Assembly (NCBI GenBank): GCA_013239625.1
Contig: MU053810.1
Span: 124,001-188,000 of the forward strand
Direction of reading: 5' to 3'
Source of the DNA: Lama guanicoe
Lineage: Eukaryota
Length of the DNA stretch: 64,000 nucleotides
Shown: positions 27,694 to 42,262 of the stretch, in pieces
Layout: each line of letters starts with the position of its first letter
How positions within the stretch are numbered: the stretch's first letter is position 1
Notes under the pieces: model-generated
Databases searched by the model: none
Told to the model about the DNA's origin: nothing
Seen by the model: only the letters and a program-made list of their open reading frames with translations
Made by a program: the position numbers and the translations under genes

Positions 27694-28889
27694 CTGCTCA
27701 GTTTTAAGCTGCTTGTCCCAATAATGCAGCACCTCCTCATGGCCACCCTGATACATCCTGTCCCGACGCCAAGACTTCAGGGAGATAATTAAATATAAAT
27801 TACACATATAGAAAGAATCTACAGACATTAGCGCAGACCAGCGCAGCGGTTCAAGATTCAGAACAGATGTCAAGACACAAGTAAGTAGAAGGCCAGATCA
27901 TTTCTCTAAGTCTTTCACACTCAAGTTGGGCAAGGATAACAATTGCAGTTGAGGGCTCAGGGAGCCAAGTAAATAACGTAGGGCCCGTGGCCAGTGTCTG
28001 CTCACCCAGGACCCACAAGTATGGTATGCAAAACTGTACGTGTGTGAACTTACTGGGGAAGAGGGCCCAGAGCTTTCATTAGATTCTTAAAAGGGTCTAG
28101 AACCCACCTCCCCCCACACAAAGGAAGAAACTACTGCAGAAGGTGGTCAGCAAGCCTTGGAGCCAAAAGCACTATATAAATGCAATATGTTAGTTTTGTG
28201 GCTCAGATGAATCTGGCCTTTCCCTAATTCCATAAGTGGGAGCCCTTCAGGCCAAGTATATGATAATGGATAAATTCTCCCGCGAGAATGGCAGGAATCT
28301 GCGGGAGCTGTCAGCTGGATCTATGCCTTGCTGTAAAACCTGCCCAGATGAACACAAGCTGTAGAAAAACCATTTGCTTCCCAGATAATGAGACAAAACC
28401 AACATGGGGGGGTGCATTTCCAGCCTTCCCTGAGGATGCCACCGGCAGACTCCAATCACAATCCTTCACAGCCTCTCACTGTGCACAGCGGGCTCTATCA
28501 GTTACGAAACGTTCCCTTCCTTGGGGAGGATAAGGAGGAGAAATTCACTTCCTATCCATTACAGACACTCAGCCTAAACTCACCCCAAAAGCATGTTCCA
28601 AAGAAAGTCTTTCAAAGTATCATTGCAAAAAAAAAAAATGTAACTTCAAAATAACTTTACAGCGGACTTTACAGCCAAACAGAACATAACAACGAAAACA
28701 CCCAAATTGATCATCTGAAAATAACTGCAACAAGCCTTTGACCTATGATGGCATTTCCTGGGTCATGGAGATAAGAAATGGGGGAATTCAAAGGCTAAAT
28801 TTTGGTTTTGATCACATTTTTCTTATTGTGATAAGTGTTGGAGATGTCATATTTTCAGAGAGGGTTGTATCTCCAGAAAAGCCGAGGTG

Positions 28890-30262
28890 ATGCATGAAAG
28901 GATGCTCAGCATCACTGGCCATAAGATAAATGCCAATCATCCATTGACATAGGACTGGATAAAGAAGTTGTGGTATATGTATACAATGGAATACTACTCA
29001 GCCATAAAAAAGAATGAAATCATGCCATTGGCAGAAACATGGATGGACCTAGAGATCATCATGTAAGTGAGGTAAGCCAGACAGAGAAAGCAAAATACCA
29101 TATGATATCACTCATATGTGGAATCTTAAAAAAAAAAATGAAGGAAAGAGGATACTAATGAAGTCATCTACAAAACAGAAACAGACTCACAAACATAGTA
29201 AACAGTCTTATGGTTACTGGGGAAAGGGGGTGGGAAGGGATAAATTTAGGAGTTTGAGATTTGCAAATGTTAACCACTATATATAAAAAAAGATTTAAAA
29301 AACCCCAAATTTCTTCTGTGTAGCACAGGGAACTACATTCAGTATCCTGTAATAACCTTTAATGAAAAAGAATATGAAAATGAATATACATATATATATG
29401 CATGACTGGGACATTGTGCTGTCCACCAGAAATTAACACATTATAACTGACTATACTTTAATTAAAAAAAAAATGTAGAGGGCCAAAAAGAAAAAAAAAG
29501 ATAAATGCCAATCAAACCCACAATGAGATACTGTTTCACACTAAGGACAGCCATTACCAAAAAATGGAAAAGAAGTGTTAGCAAGGATGTAGAGAAACTG
29601 GACCCCGGGCAGTCATTGTTGGGAATGTAAAATGGTGGCATTGCTTTGGAAAATGGTATGACAGGTCCTCAAGCAGTTAAACATAGAATTACTATATGAC
29701 CCAGCAATTCCCTTTCTGGATCTACACCCAAAAGCACTGAAAGCAGGACTCGAACAGATACTTGCACACCTGTGATCATCACAGCATTATTCACAAGAGC
29801 CAAAATGTAGAGCCAATCCAAGCGCCCATGGATGGATGAATGCATCAACAGAAGTTAGTCTACACACGCGATGGAATATAATTCAGCCTCAAAAAAAGGA
29901 TGGAATTCTGAACATGCTACAACATGGATGAACCTTGAGGACATTATGCTAAATGAAAAAAAAACAGGCAAAAAAGGACAGATACTTGATGATTCCACTT
30001 ATGTGAAACACTGAGAGAAGTCAAATGCATAGAGACAGAAAGCAGAATGGCGGTTACCAGGGACTGGGGGCAGGGGCTCGGGGAGAGTGTCGGATACGGA
30101 CAGGTTCCAGTTTGCGAAGATGAAGTTCTGGAGATGGCTGGTGCTGACGGTGTGGGTATGCTTGATGCCACGGAATTGTACTCTTAAAAATGGTTAAAAT
30201 GGTAAATTCTGTGTGCCAAGTTAAATGTGCATTTTGCTACAATTAAAAAAATAATAATAAAA
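28890..30262 (+). mobile_element. Old L1MB-like 3' end, interrupted by a younger L1
   Basis: gaaaggatgctcagcatcact...aatgccaatcaaacccacaatgagatac rejoins across the insertion. 3' UTR motifs gatgaagttctggagatgg and cttaaaaatggttaaaatggtaaatt; A-rich end near 30260. Confidence 0.85.
28940..29497 (+). mobile_element. Younger 5'-truncated L1 with a perfect 17-bp target-site duplication
   Basis: AAGATAAATGCCAATCA at 28923-28939 and 29498-29514. Body has caatggaatactactcagccataaaaaagaatgaa and an A-tail. Confidence 0.92.
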
Positions 30263-30296
30263 GGGATAACGAAGCCAAGGCGGCAAGCCGTACTTA

Positions 30297-30455
<159 letters not shown>

Positions 30456-33400
30456 CTACTCGGGCTGAACTTCCCATGATTCTACCAACAGAGGAGACGG
30501 ATACAATCTGATGTATCTGTCGGCTTTTCTAACTAGAAAAAAGTGAGTATCTGTGTGTGTGTGTCCATGTGTGTGTGTGTGTGACTGGAGGTTATCAGTC
30601 AATCAACAAACATTTCGCAGGAGGCTGTTTCATGCCCGGCTAAGCGCTACAGCTCAGACCAGAGAGAGAGAGAGAGGAGGGCATTACTCAGTTCGGGGCC
30701 TGGGGTATGACTTCACCTCGAATCAATTCAAGGAAGCATCTCCGGCCCAGGTGTAGAGCCTTCCTAGGTGCTGCAGGGACAAGAGACTGAAGCCCCCGCC
30801 CTCTGCCTTCCTGGAGCTTCAAATCAAGGTTAGACCTAAAATCTGGTCCCTCAGCTCCTGCGTTAGGCCTGCTCTGAGTTCCTGCTCTAAGGTTTGAGGG
30901 AGGTCATCCATCAGTACTGCCATCTTGTTTTCTCATCTGTGAAACAGGAAAACTGCTATTTAATCTCACTTCCCCGGTCCTAACCCACTGCTCATCAGGC
31001 ATCATCCGTCCAGGGCTGGGGCTCCTTTTGCACTCTTCCCACACTTCCCACTCCTGGCCTGTGGCCAGCGCCCAGGGCTGGACTTCCACCCGGTGTCCGG
31101 CGCCCAGCAGTGTCTGCCACACATATTTGTGTAAAGAGTAAATAAACACAAGAAACACAGGAAATCTTCAGAAGTAAAATCTCCTTTCCATGCAAATACG
31201 TCTGATTGAAGTGTCTAGCATGGACTTCCTGGAAAATTGAAGAAGGCAGAGGTAGTAACGTAAGAGCTTACAAGGCACTTGGCAGAGGCTGAGTTGGGTG
31301 AGTTGGAAGGCAGCAACTCATCACAACTGCTCTTGGTGAACAGCTGAGTTACCGTCACCATCACGATTTCCAAGTTCCAGGCGAGGGTGTGCAGGGACTC
31401 AGGTCAAGTGACCCACCCACAGGACCCAGGTGTCGGCAGGCCTCTACGCTGCCGCCCTGACCTGACCCGAATTAGGTGCCTGCCATGGTCTGGGTCATTC
31501 ATAAGCCTTCTTACTGCCATCCTTTCAGCAGTTCTGACAACCACCGTTACCTACATCTGATCAATAAGGCAAATGGGCCGAGAGAAGTGCCTTTGCGGAC
31601 ACCACACAGAAGACATGGACCAGCTCGGGCTGAGAGTAACTCAGTCTCACCCTGTGCCAGCCCCTTCTACTGGAGTCTCCTGACTATTAAGGTGAGAGTT
31701 TCTGCAAGAAGAGCCTTTTCGCAGAAAAACTAACAGGGAAATCCCCTCATTCTGTGGCAGATGAGTACCTTCCGGAGCAAGAACATGGACATATACAAAC
31801 TGTTGTTGGATGTTTCTGGTTCTGGTGGCAAGAGATACAATGCACAGATAGTCCCCAAATCTCATTTTAGGTTTCAGCTCCAGTTCCTCTAAACATCCCA
31901 TCAGGCTTTTGTTTTTTTTAATTTAACAAGAACAAAATAAATAAATCTGTACATCTTATCTTTGCTTTGTTTGCCCTCAATGCAGTAGCAAAAGGAGAGA
32001 GAGCTACGAGGCCAGGGCACCGCCACTCTGAAGAGGGGCCTCGGACAACGGGGAGCGGGCTGCCTGCTTCAGTGCCTCCTTTCCCCTGTAACTGCTAGGA
32101 GCATTCTTCTCGATGCTTCTGTGACAGCAGCTGACCAAAGGGAGCCATTTGCCACAGTAACTGGCTGATTTAGGAGGCAGGTGCTCTCGGAGCCGACGTT
32201 CTGCTCTGAGCAGCCACACGTCACAGATAGTGGGAGGTGACTGTTTCTGGAAGGAGCACGTTTCTGAGCCTGCAGGGTCATCCTCATGGCCTGATAGAAA
32301 GCTCAGAAGAGGCAGAGAAGGCTCACAGAGCAACATCTGCCCCAGCTCCACCTCCCAGCAAAGCAGAGAGCAGAAGGCAGGAGCACCACACCAACCTGGG
32401 GGCCGAGGCCCTGGCTCCTGCATCATGGGGTCTGCAGGGTTCTATGCGGAGCTGGGGAGACAGTTCGGCCCAAACACTCCATGGAGCCAAGTGTCAGAGG
32501 GTATCAAGGCACTCGGGACTCAGCACAGGACTTAAAGCACAAACTAACATCACGTACCTGGCGACAGTGACAGACACACGGGGAAGGAGCTTGGGGAAGG
32601 AAGCTGTCAGCACCTTTGACAGCTGATACTGTGGCTTATGAGCAAAGATGGGGCCGATTGGTCCCCCGAGGCACGACGTATGGAGGGGGCCTGGAGGGTA
32701 AGACTCGGCCCCTGTAAAGCAAGTATCTAGGAAGAGCCAATCCTCAGCGTTCTCCTGAGCTCTCCAGCCTCACAGTTTGTTCTGCGGATGTGGGAGGAAG
32801 GATTCTTTAAAAAAAAAGAAATCCTCCTCTTTGTCATCAGCTGTTAGAAAGCAGAAAGTCTTGGCCACCATCCATTGTTCAGCAAACAAAGAATAAAGAA
32901 CACGGTTTCCCTCCTAAAATCCACACACCTAGGGGCACTGGTGTGTGAAGCCCTTTGCCTTCAGTCTGTCTGGCACATTCGCCAGCATTTTGGAGAATCA
33001 GAAGATGGACTGTAGATGCTTGAAAAGCAAGTCACTGATTTTGATGCAACTTGGAACTTGGATTTACTCTGGACATTTAGGGTCTTGAAGCCACAGATAA
33101 CACTAAGATAATTTTTTTAAATATAAGATTTTTGTTTAAATGGTAAACTTTCTAACATCAAGTATATGATTATTTAATAAAAAGATTTCTGATTTAGGGG
33201 AAAATTCTAAATGATTTAACAAACACCAGGGTATCCACACTGGGGGTGAAACTGCAGACTTGTGCCAAACATTTCTTGTTCTTTTTGGTGTTGTATCTTA
33301 TCTGGAGCAACAACAACGAAATAGAAACATTTGTTAACTGACTGGAGGCAGGCCAACCATTTGCCATGAGATGAGGTTCTTAATTGCATCTGAAACGCAT

Positions 33401-36400
33401 CCAGGGGTGAAGCCAAACGTGCAATGTCATGATTAAAAAGACAAAAAGCAAACTGACTTGAAATAAAATTCTCACCAACTTGAAATATTTTAAAAATGGT
33501 ATCACGGCGCACACACACACGGCCTGCATTCTAATCTCTCTTGTGATAGGATTCCTGGAACCAAGTGTTTTTTGGGACATTGTTTCAACAATCCCACCTA
33601 CATCCTAACCCCCGCTAGCTTTAAATAGCTAACTTCTTATCTCATAGTAATTCTTGAAAAAAAAAAAAATCTCAGGCACGATTCAAAACCCTCCTGACCG
33701 TTTGAGACGGCCTCGATACGCTGACCAGGTCACAAAGGACCCCCGAGATCAGCAGGGATGTTTCCCTCCCCGTCTCCTCTCAGGCCCTGCCTCTGCCGCC
33801 ACTGTCTAGCCAACCTGTTGCCACCGGGGGTTTCAGTCCTCTGCCTATGTGCCCTTGACCCCTTTCAGCTCTGGAGTAGCAGGTGGTGCTGGGAGAATCC
33901 CCTTCTCTCTCATCTTTTCAGAGACCACTTTTCCCTTTGAGAACCAGCCAAACTCCCTCACGTTATGTCATCCATCTTATACCAGTTGGGCAACAATTCA
34001 GCTGTAATTCCAAAAAGTCACAGCATCCAATTTACAAACTTTCAGACAACAGAGGAGGCCCAGAGCCCAGTCCATTTGGAACCTGGGAAGGTGATAAGGG
34101 TCCTCTGTACCGCCACCACCATTCCATCTCTCCCCCGGCACCGTCAGCAGATGCTGAAGAACTTCTTAATCAAGGAGAAATAATGTTCTCTTCTCACTGT
34201 ACCCATCACGACTCGTGCGGAGTGGGAGGTTGGCAATGGCTCTGGCCACCCCCACACCTTCGAATAGAGGGAGGCTTTGAGTCGAAATAACTTAACTGGA
34301 GTTAATAACAAAGAGAGCAGTCATTCTAAGGCACTGTGGTTGTCTGTGATGCCATCGGCCCCCAGGCAGAGCAGGGAAGGGCTTAGTTTCCTGGCACAGC
34401 CATAACATGAGGGAAAGATTCAAGTGGACAGGACACATGTGTTCCTCCCATTCATTTCAAGGCCTGGTCCCTGGGGGCCATCAGTGGCCATCAGTCGCAG
34501 TAGAGACCCATCCACTGGGAGGTGTTGAAGGGATGAATACAAGAAAGGTGGCAGGTCCAACCTCCTGCCTGCCCTGTAGGCTGGGCTGAAGTCAGCCTTT
34601 CAGAGGCGGAGAGAATAGAGTGGGGTGAGGGCAGCTCAACCTGGGTGACATGCGTTGGGCATGACAGCTGGGTTCCCAGGTCCAGTCACCAAAATCCTAT
34701 AACACACTAGCTCCTGCACGCCCCCACTGTTCCTTACACACCCCTTTATGTAGCAATAGCCCACAGTCGAGCCCTAGGCTTCGTGCGGCTGGAGGGCAGG
34801 GAGACGCCTCTAGCCTGGATTTGCAAGGAGCAGAACTTCCTGATTGTTCACTAAATGGAGATTCAACTACACCCAACCTTCTCAATACACACACCGCTTT
34901 TTCTTTAAGAAAATGTTTTCCAAATTCAGACAACTGATTTAAAAATAAACTTAGCTGCCTCAAATATTTTCAGTGAATAGGTACAGGAAAAGACAGAAAG
35001 GGTGACAAATGAACTTTGGGAGGGACTGTATTAGGTACAGGTGAGATCGATTGTTAAATACATGTCCTTAAGCAAATTATTTCCGACATGAATTTGGGGG
35101 ATAAAAGAGGCAGAATTAGCCCTAATTCTCTGTGTGTGGATGTCTGTAATTCATGCTGCTTTCCTTTTAAAAGTTTTCCTCAAAGAGATTTCAGAATGAC
35201 TAGTTTTAGGGCTAAACAGCAGAAAAGATACTCTGTTAAATGATCTCTCAGAACTTCCTTCCTGGTCAGATCTTGGGGGCCATTCATTCCATTTTCTTGA
35301 TTATTCCCCATAGAAACAGTATCCCATCAGCCTGTTTAATTTACACCAGTAAACAGAATTTATCTCCATGTAAACCAGCAGCCTCTGCAGAGCGTCCCAC
35401 AAGCTACTGGAGGTATCTGTGGACAGATGTTCCTCCTTCTGAGCTCCAGGCTGAACCCACGCTCTTTAGTAAAACAGTAGGTTCAAAATTTTAAATAATT
35501 GAATTTACTGCTTTGAGATTCACTACCAACCCACGGTGGAAAATTCCACTTGGTGGGAAATGTCTTCTAGAAACCGAGCTGCTTTATATTGATTTAGAGC
35601 AAGGATTCCTGGTAAAGGGAAGAACTCCAGAGATTACAAAAAGAAGAAAAGAAGAATTTCAGAGACCTTTCATGTTGTTTTTAAAACAATTAAGTTGCCC
35701 ATTTTCCTTACTGAAGAGGGAGAGAGGGGAAAAAGGGCTTAACCAAGTGTAACTGGAAACGAGGACAGTGGCTTGTGGGGGTGGGGGCCGTGGTAACCCA
35801 TCCTCGGGCTCTAGTAAAACAGAAAAGGAATTTTCCCTTTTCCTGCATCCAAGGATGTGCTGAGAACAGTCTGTGCAATGGGAGACGGGAGACGGGGAAT
35901 CTCACCGTGTTACCACGTTCACGTTCGAGGTGACTTGTTCACCTGTGTGGATGCCTGAGGACCACTCTTCTCAGTACTTCAGAGCTGACCACACTCAGTG
36001 GGACAAGGACAGGGACACACTCAGAGGGGGAAGCCCAAGGTGGAAGGAGCAGCCATCCATGCTGGAAACTGAGAGCCAGGGGTCCAGAACCAGGGTGGTG
36101 GGGTTTCTCTTTATTCAATCATTTAATGGGTTGCATCCCATTTCAGGCACTGGGTTTAGGGGTGAAAAAAGCCCACCTGGGCCCTGTCCCCACGGCACAC
36201 CTGTCCTCCGGGGGGTTGAGCGTAGACACAAGCCACAGACGTAACGCCAGTCTCAGCTGCCTTCCTAAGGACGATGATCAGATTCAGACAAGGTCAGGGC
36301 AAGATGGGGCTGAGTTAACTCGGTCTAAATCAGACTCTGAAAATACTGAACTTACTCTAAATAAAACTCAAAAGTATCCAAGGAAAGAATTATTACTTTC

Positions 36401-37209
36401 AACAGTCAAATGACAGGGAAGGTGCAGACAAAAAGAAGGGGAAAGATACAGCCGGGTCAAGAAATTGCCGGGGCTAGTGGTGCTGTGAGAATATGCCTTC
36501 ACGTTGTTCTCTAAGAATAAAGCAGCAGGTGTAAGGATGCGGGAGCAGGAGAGCTGCAGAGCATCATCTGTAACTAAGTGAGAAGTAAGGGAGGGGAAAC
36601 GGGTGCTGGGATTTAGATTAATCAGCCAGCCTATGGCTTTGTCTAAGGGTTAACTGTTGCCCCTGCTGGCTGGCCTCGCCTCCCGAAGGCCACCACAGAG
36701 AAAGGCATTTGACTTGAACTTGATGCGTGTCATGATGGGGAGGAAGAGGCCCTGACACACGAGAGCCAGTCATGGTCAGAGGTAGTGAAGACTTCTTTTA
36801 ATATCATGGCTTTTCCCAAGCAGCTCATGAAAGGAGGTCACAGGGCTGGGGGACTGACTTCAAGCTCCACTCTGCTAGACAGGCTGGGCAGTGTGATAAG
36901 GTCTTGAGAGGAATGGAGTCTAAAAGAAATTAGGTGATCTAATGGGAGAGAGCTGAACTTCCACGCGGGCTTTAAAATGATTAGATTGTGCACACATAGT
37001 GGCACCAGCATCTCTCACCCTTGACCAGCACTGAGCCAGAGGACAGGATTCCAGGCTGGGCTCTGCACCAGTGCATCTGCATTTATTGTGTTTCTATGCC
37101 TCAGTTTCCCATCTTGAAGGACACCTGCCACTCTGTCCTGGGGTTAGGCGTTCATGGGAAAGAATGTGCGCTCACCTGGACGGCTGCACGTGTCCCTTCA
37201 TTCTAAGGC

Positions 37210-37503
37210 ACGTGTTCCCGCAGTATCCACAGGGTAGGAGGGGCAGGGCCCCCGGCCAGTGCCAAAATCAGTGGATGCCAAAGCCCCACACATAAGATAG
37301 CATAGTATTTACATCTTACTGACACCCTCCCTTACACTTCACATCATCTCTAGCACCCAGTACAGTCTGTGTAAATCACTGCAGGCATGCAGTGAATTCA
37401 AGTTTTGTTTTTTCAAGGCTTCAGGCAAAATTTTAAAAGTATTTTTGATCTGTGGTGGGTTGAATCGAGGAAGTGGAACCCATGGATCCAGATAGCTAAC
37501 TGT
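37210..37503 (+). mobile_element. MER2-like (TcMar-Tigger) non-autonomous DNA transposon
   Basis: cagtatccacaggg...ccaaaatcagtggatgc...gcatagtattt...catcatctctag...gttgaatc...ggaacccatggat...actgta. Confidence 0.7.
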
Positions 37504-40304
37504 ACTATTAGGGATCTGTGTCCAGGGCTAGATACTTCATCCACGTCTTCCTATCCTTGAGGAATTTCCCCAGATGGTGGGAGGGAGCGTGGCTCCTTTG
37601 CTGGTGGATAAGAGCAGAGAGTTTTATAAGTCCAGTGCGCTATCCATGGAGCCACAGAGCCTGACAAGAGGAGAGGGTCTTAAACCAGACTGCAGTGTGG
37701 TTCCGCACAGTGAGCGACACTGCGCATCACCGAGGTGGAGAGAAGGATTTTGTTTAAGCGGTGGGAGGGAAGGATGACATTTCTACCCAGCAGTGGCCTG
37801 CTCAGAGATGGTAAACAAAATTCTAAAGATCAAGGAAAATATGAGTCAGGCATACAACTCAGAGGAGAGTGAGGCCTCAGTAAGACATTATGTTACAATG
37901 TAATTAGGATGCATCACAACAAGGAAGCCGTCTTGTGTGTGTTTACTCAGGTCTGCTTCCTGTCAGTAGAATTTTCAGCAGGAGGGGTATTAAAAAGGAA
38001 AACCCCAGATAATGAGAGACTTTATTGTGAGCATCTTAATAAACAGGTGTTACTTCACCTGGGTTTGGACTATTGCAGTCTGGATTGTTTGCAAATAAAA
38101 ATGCAGCTGAAATGCAGAATCATTCCTTGCCTGGGGTTTGTCTTCAGCCGGAAGTTGCAGAGGTGAAGGGGAGCGGAAGGTTCCTGGGCCAGCACTGCTC
38201 TCTTCCTCCCGGTTAGAGGCTCCTTTCTCATCCTCCCTTACAGTTGTAATTTACTAAAAATGCCTCACAGAAGGGCAGCTCATTTGGATTTTCCTAGTAG
38301 CTTCTTGAATTTTACCACAGGCATGAAGAGTCCCCCATAAGAGCACCATCCTGGTTTCTCATTACCAGTCCGATCTAAGCTGGGTTACTATTCAAACGCT
38401 ACTGAGGCCAAAATGTGGCTGGTGGGTGGTGGAGCTAGGCTCTGGCACACGAAGGGAGTGGAAAATGGGAGGGCAGCTGGTGTCTGGTGTTTTAAAATGT
38501 GGGAGAGACCTGGAACTCTGTGCAATGGAGGAAGAAAAATGCTCTGAGTAAGGCATTTCAGAGCAATGTGGCAGCGAATCACCCTGTAATGTGTTCTGTA
38601 CAGGTGGTCCCAAGATTCAGCCTCCGCCCTAACCCACTTGTGACCGCAACCGGATGGCTACTTTGCACATACGCCCATCCTCGCTTCTGAAATCTGATGC
38701 GCTGCACTTCAGAATGAAAAAGGCTGTTCCAGTCATTCCAATGTTGGAGTTTATAACCATTAAAAGAAAAAAGTTACAAAATGCTGTAGTGTTTCTTTCC
38801 TCTCTGCCACCACAAAATGGTACCAGTTTAGAAACCATGAAACTCCGTCCCAATGTTAAAGATTTAGAGAGGAGCTGTTAAGGAATTCTAAAAGGATGGA
38901 AAGTGCTTCACAAAGGGTGTTAAGAGGGAGTTACTGGGACTGAACCTGCGGGGTGGGGGTTCCTCCAAGGCAGGGCTGGGTTGACTTTGCCCACGTCCAC
39001 ATTCATTACGTCCAGGCTAACCATGGGCCCTGCAAGTCTCCCCACGTGGGGGTGCCCTGTTCTTTCTGACAAGCGGGGTCTGCTGGCAGCTCCCAGTGTG
39101 ATGAAATAGTCGCTGCTGGCTGTTACTGAGTAGCTGCTGAGAGAGAAGAGAAAGTTCTTATCTGAGTCCTCCGCCTACTTAGCTGTGCCCCATGCGACAA
39201 CTTGTCAGTTACATAAAGTCCTGTTTCAACGCTAACCGTTTGAGAGGGTGAGAACACTGATGTCATGTTCATAGCCGTGTACTTAAATACGGTATTTAAG
39301 TGAACAACAGATAAAAACCAAGCTCTCTTGGAGAGAATGACCACACAGAAGGGGGAAGATTAAAGCATTAGAAACAGAGGGTCTAGGAGACAAGATCAAA
39401 GGAACTGACATGGCTCAGCTTGCTCGAGAGGACAGAAATGATGTCAACCTAGCTGAGGTTTTTCCTGTCTGTTCTGAGTAAGGATGTGGGAAAGTGACAG
39501 TCAATTTCCTTGACATGAATATTTATCCGCTTAAAGGTTATTAAGTCACACATCTGGAGAAATACAGGATGGGGGAACCAGAAAAAAAAATCACGGAGGT
39601 CCATCAGTTCAGCACACTTATTTTACAAGAGAGAAACTGAGAACCCAAGAGTCTGAGGGCAGGGCTCAGACCTCCCTTAACCGAACCAATGGCAGAGATA
39701 CACAGAATCTCGCACTCAAGACCCACTGTTGTGACCGCCACCGACGACAGGCTGGGGGACTGTGGGAACAGGTCCTCACTCCAATATTGCAATATTGCTG
39801 GAATCCCCATTTCCCAGCTCTCATCCTAACCTCAAGCCCTTCCTGAAGCTTTAAAAATGTGATGATCCCATGAATTAAGAGCATTCTTCTAATAATGAAA
39901 AAATACGCCAAGAATGTTGACCAACTGGCCTCCATTTCCATTTAGAAGAGAACTCAGCGAAACTTGCTGAAACTCCTTTAGGCACGGGCTGAACCAAAGC
40001 CTTCTGCAATGTCTGTGCAGGCAGCTACGTTTCGAGAGGAAATGACTCCCTCTCCACAGTTTAAGTAACCTACCAATTAGCCACCCTCTAAAGAACCACG
40101 ATGTAGCTCCGCTTCCAAGCACAAGCATGGATCAGACATAAATGCTCCGTCTTATTTTTGAGTAACACCCACTGATGAAAAGACTGGCTGCTGGTGCGCA
40201 CCCCCAGTGGAATATTGCAAAGCAAGGGTCATCACTCAATAAGGCTCGATGAGAAAAAAAAAAAAAAGAAGTCTCATTTACAAAATCATCAAACATAGAG
40301 CAGT

Positions 40305-40409
40305 NNNNNNNNNNNNNNNNNNNNNNNNNNNNNNNNNNNNNNNNNNNNNNNNNNNNNNNNNNNNNNNNNNNNNNNNNNNNNNNNNNNNNNNNNNNNNNNN
40401 NNNNNNNNN
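40305..40409. other. Assembly gap (105 N)
   Basis: Run of N seen directly. Confidence 1.
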
Positions 40410-42262
40410 TTTGCCCTCCTCTGGTGAGGCCCTTTGTCGCTTCATCTGGAGCCACAGTTTGAAGTTCTTTTAAAAGAGTTTAATTTTCTTTCTCAAACCA
40501 GGAGCAGGAGACCCACAGAATCTGAGAAATCACATCACCATGCAAAAAGCAACATCAAGAAACTAAACAATGGGCTTTCCTCTACCAACAGAAGTACTTT
40601 TGTTATCTTTCGTCTCTGATCAATTTCATGGCTGAAACGGATGCTTTCTGTGACTTACTGTTTCTCTTCAGTGATTCAGGAGAGCCAGCTGGATATTTTA
40701 ATTAATGCAGTAGAGCAAGTCAAATAAGCAATTTTACAAACATCCGTAGCTCTGACTTCTATCTTGTATTGGTGATGCCACAGGGAATGCTGTATCTGAC
40801 TCAGCAGAACGGATTCTAAATCCAGGTCTGTACCAGGGAGACCGTCACCACACTACCCCGAGGAGCTGGTTCCTACCAGATGGCCCTATCATTTCTCCTA
40901 AATTATCTCCAAGAACATACTGATCAAGCCCTCCCTCGAAGCCAAGTGAGCCTGCGCCTTTCCCCTAGACCCTGCGTACAAGACGCGGCTCACGACTCTG
41001 GGTCTTTGTTCTCCTGCTGGACCGCATCCACGGCTCCCTTCATCTCAGCCCGAGTTCCATCCTTCCTTCATGCCCCTCCTCCTCTAAGAATTGTCTCCTG
41101 ATCCCTCTCTCACCAGCATTTGTGAGGCTGCTTCTGAAATATGTCAGTTACTTCATCCTGCAAACATGCTACCTCATCCGGGTCTGCATCGCCCACTGGC
41201 CATACTGCGTCGGGGGAGGCCTGTGAGCTGCCCGCAGTAGGAACTCAGTATACCTGGATGGAGAGATGCCTGCCATCTCCTGCTATCAGTGACCTGACGC
41301 TCTGCACGGACCCTGGTTCCTCATACAGGGTGTGTGAGGACCAGGCAGCTGCTCAGGGTCAAGGGTGAAGTTCACAGTGCTCAGATTCCTCTGCCTTCTC
41401 CCAAGGCACCGTGTGCACTGGGGTACTTGGGATAAACAGCTCCTTTTTCATTATTTCTTCATTATTAAAGAACTCATTTATACTGAAGTCATAATCCTGA
41501 TGCTGGCAAAACTACCTACGTAGCTGAATAGTCATTTAGGTAACAATAACTGATACAAGAACACAACAGCACTCACCAGTTGAAACCAGCGCTCCCTAGA
41601 AGGAATCTGAACTAGAGCTGAAAGCAGACTGCATTCCTCCACTCCCGGCTTGGGCTTGTGGGAAGCGTGGCCCCAAGGACGGGGAGGGGAGTGGCCCCCC
41701 TCCCTCCTCTCACATAGATGCCCAATGGCTCTGCCCTGTTCAAATCAAACTGCCAGGCAAAAATGAGGCTGTAGCTTCTTTGTCCAAGATCCCAGAGAGT
41801 GTCTCCATCTTACAGCTACTGCTGGGGTCGGGGGAGGTGAGCAGGGGGACGTGGCTTTCTCCAGCCCCACACAGACACAGCATGCTGGGCTCCTCTTATG
41901 AAGACGTGTTTCATGTCCTCCCTGGCATCACTTTGACTGCCAGGCTCCCACAGGCTTAATTAATTGTTCAACTACTCCATAGTTTAAGGTCCCCCCAACC
42001 AGTGGCCCCCACTCACTCAGCCTTCATCTCATCTGACTCAGTAGCCACAACTGACACACAGTTCTTCATCCTTGAAGCACTTTCCAGATGCCATACTCCC
42101 CTCGTCATCTTCCTCCCTCCCACTGTCCCTTCTCAGTCCCTCTGAGTCCCCAGGACTCAGCCCTGGGACCTTTCCTCTCTCCTCCATCTACACCCACCTC
42201 CCTTGATGGTTTCATCAGGTTCACAGCTTTAAAACGCACCCAGAAGCTATCAGCTTCCAAAT

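Noticed and set aside
40305..40409. Missing exon hidden in the N gap
   Set aside because: Exons 5 and 6 join in frame (GYV-A-PEV) with no missing residues.
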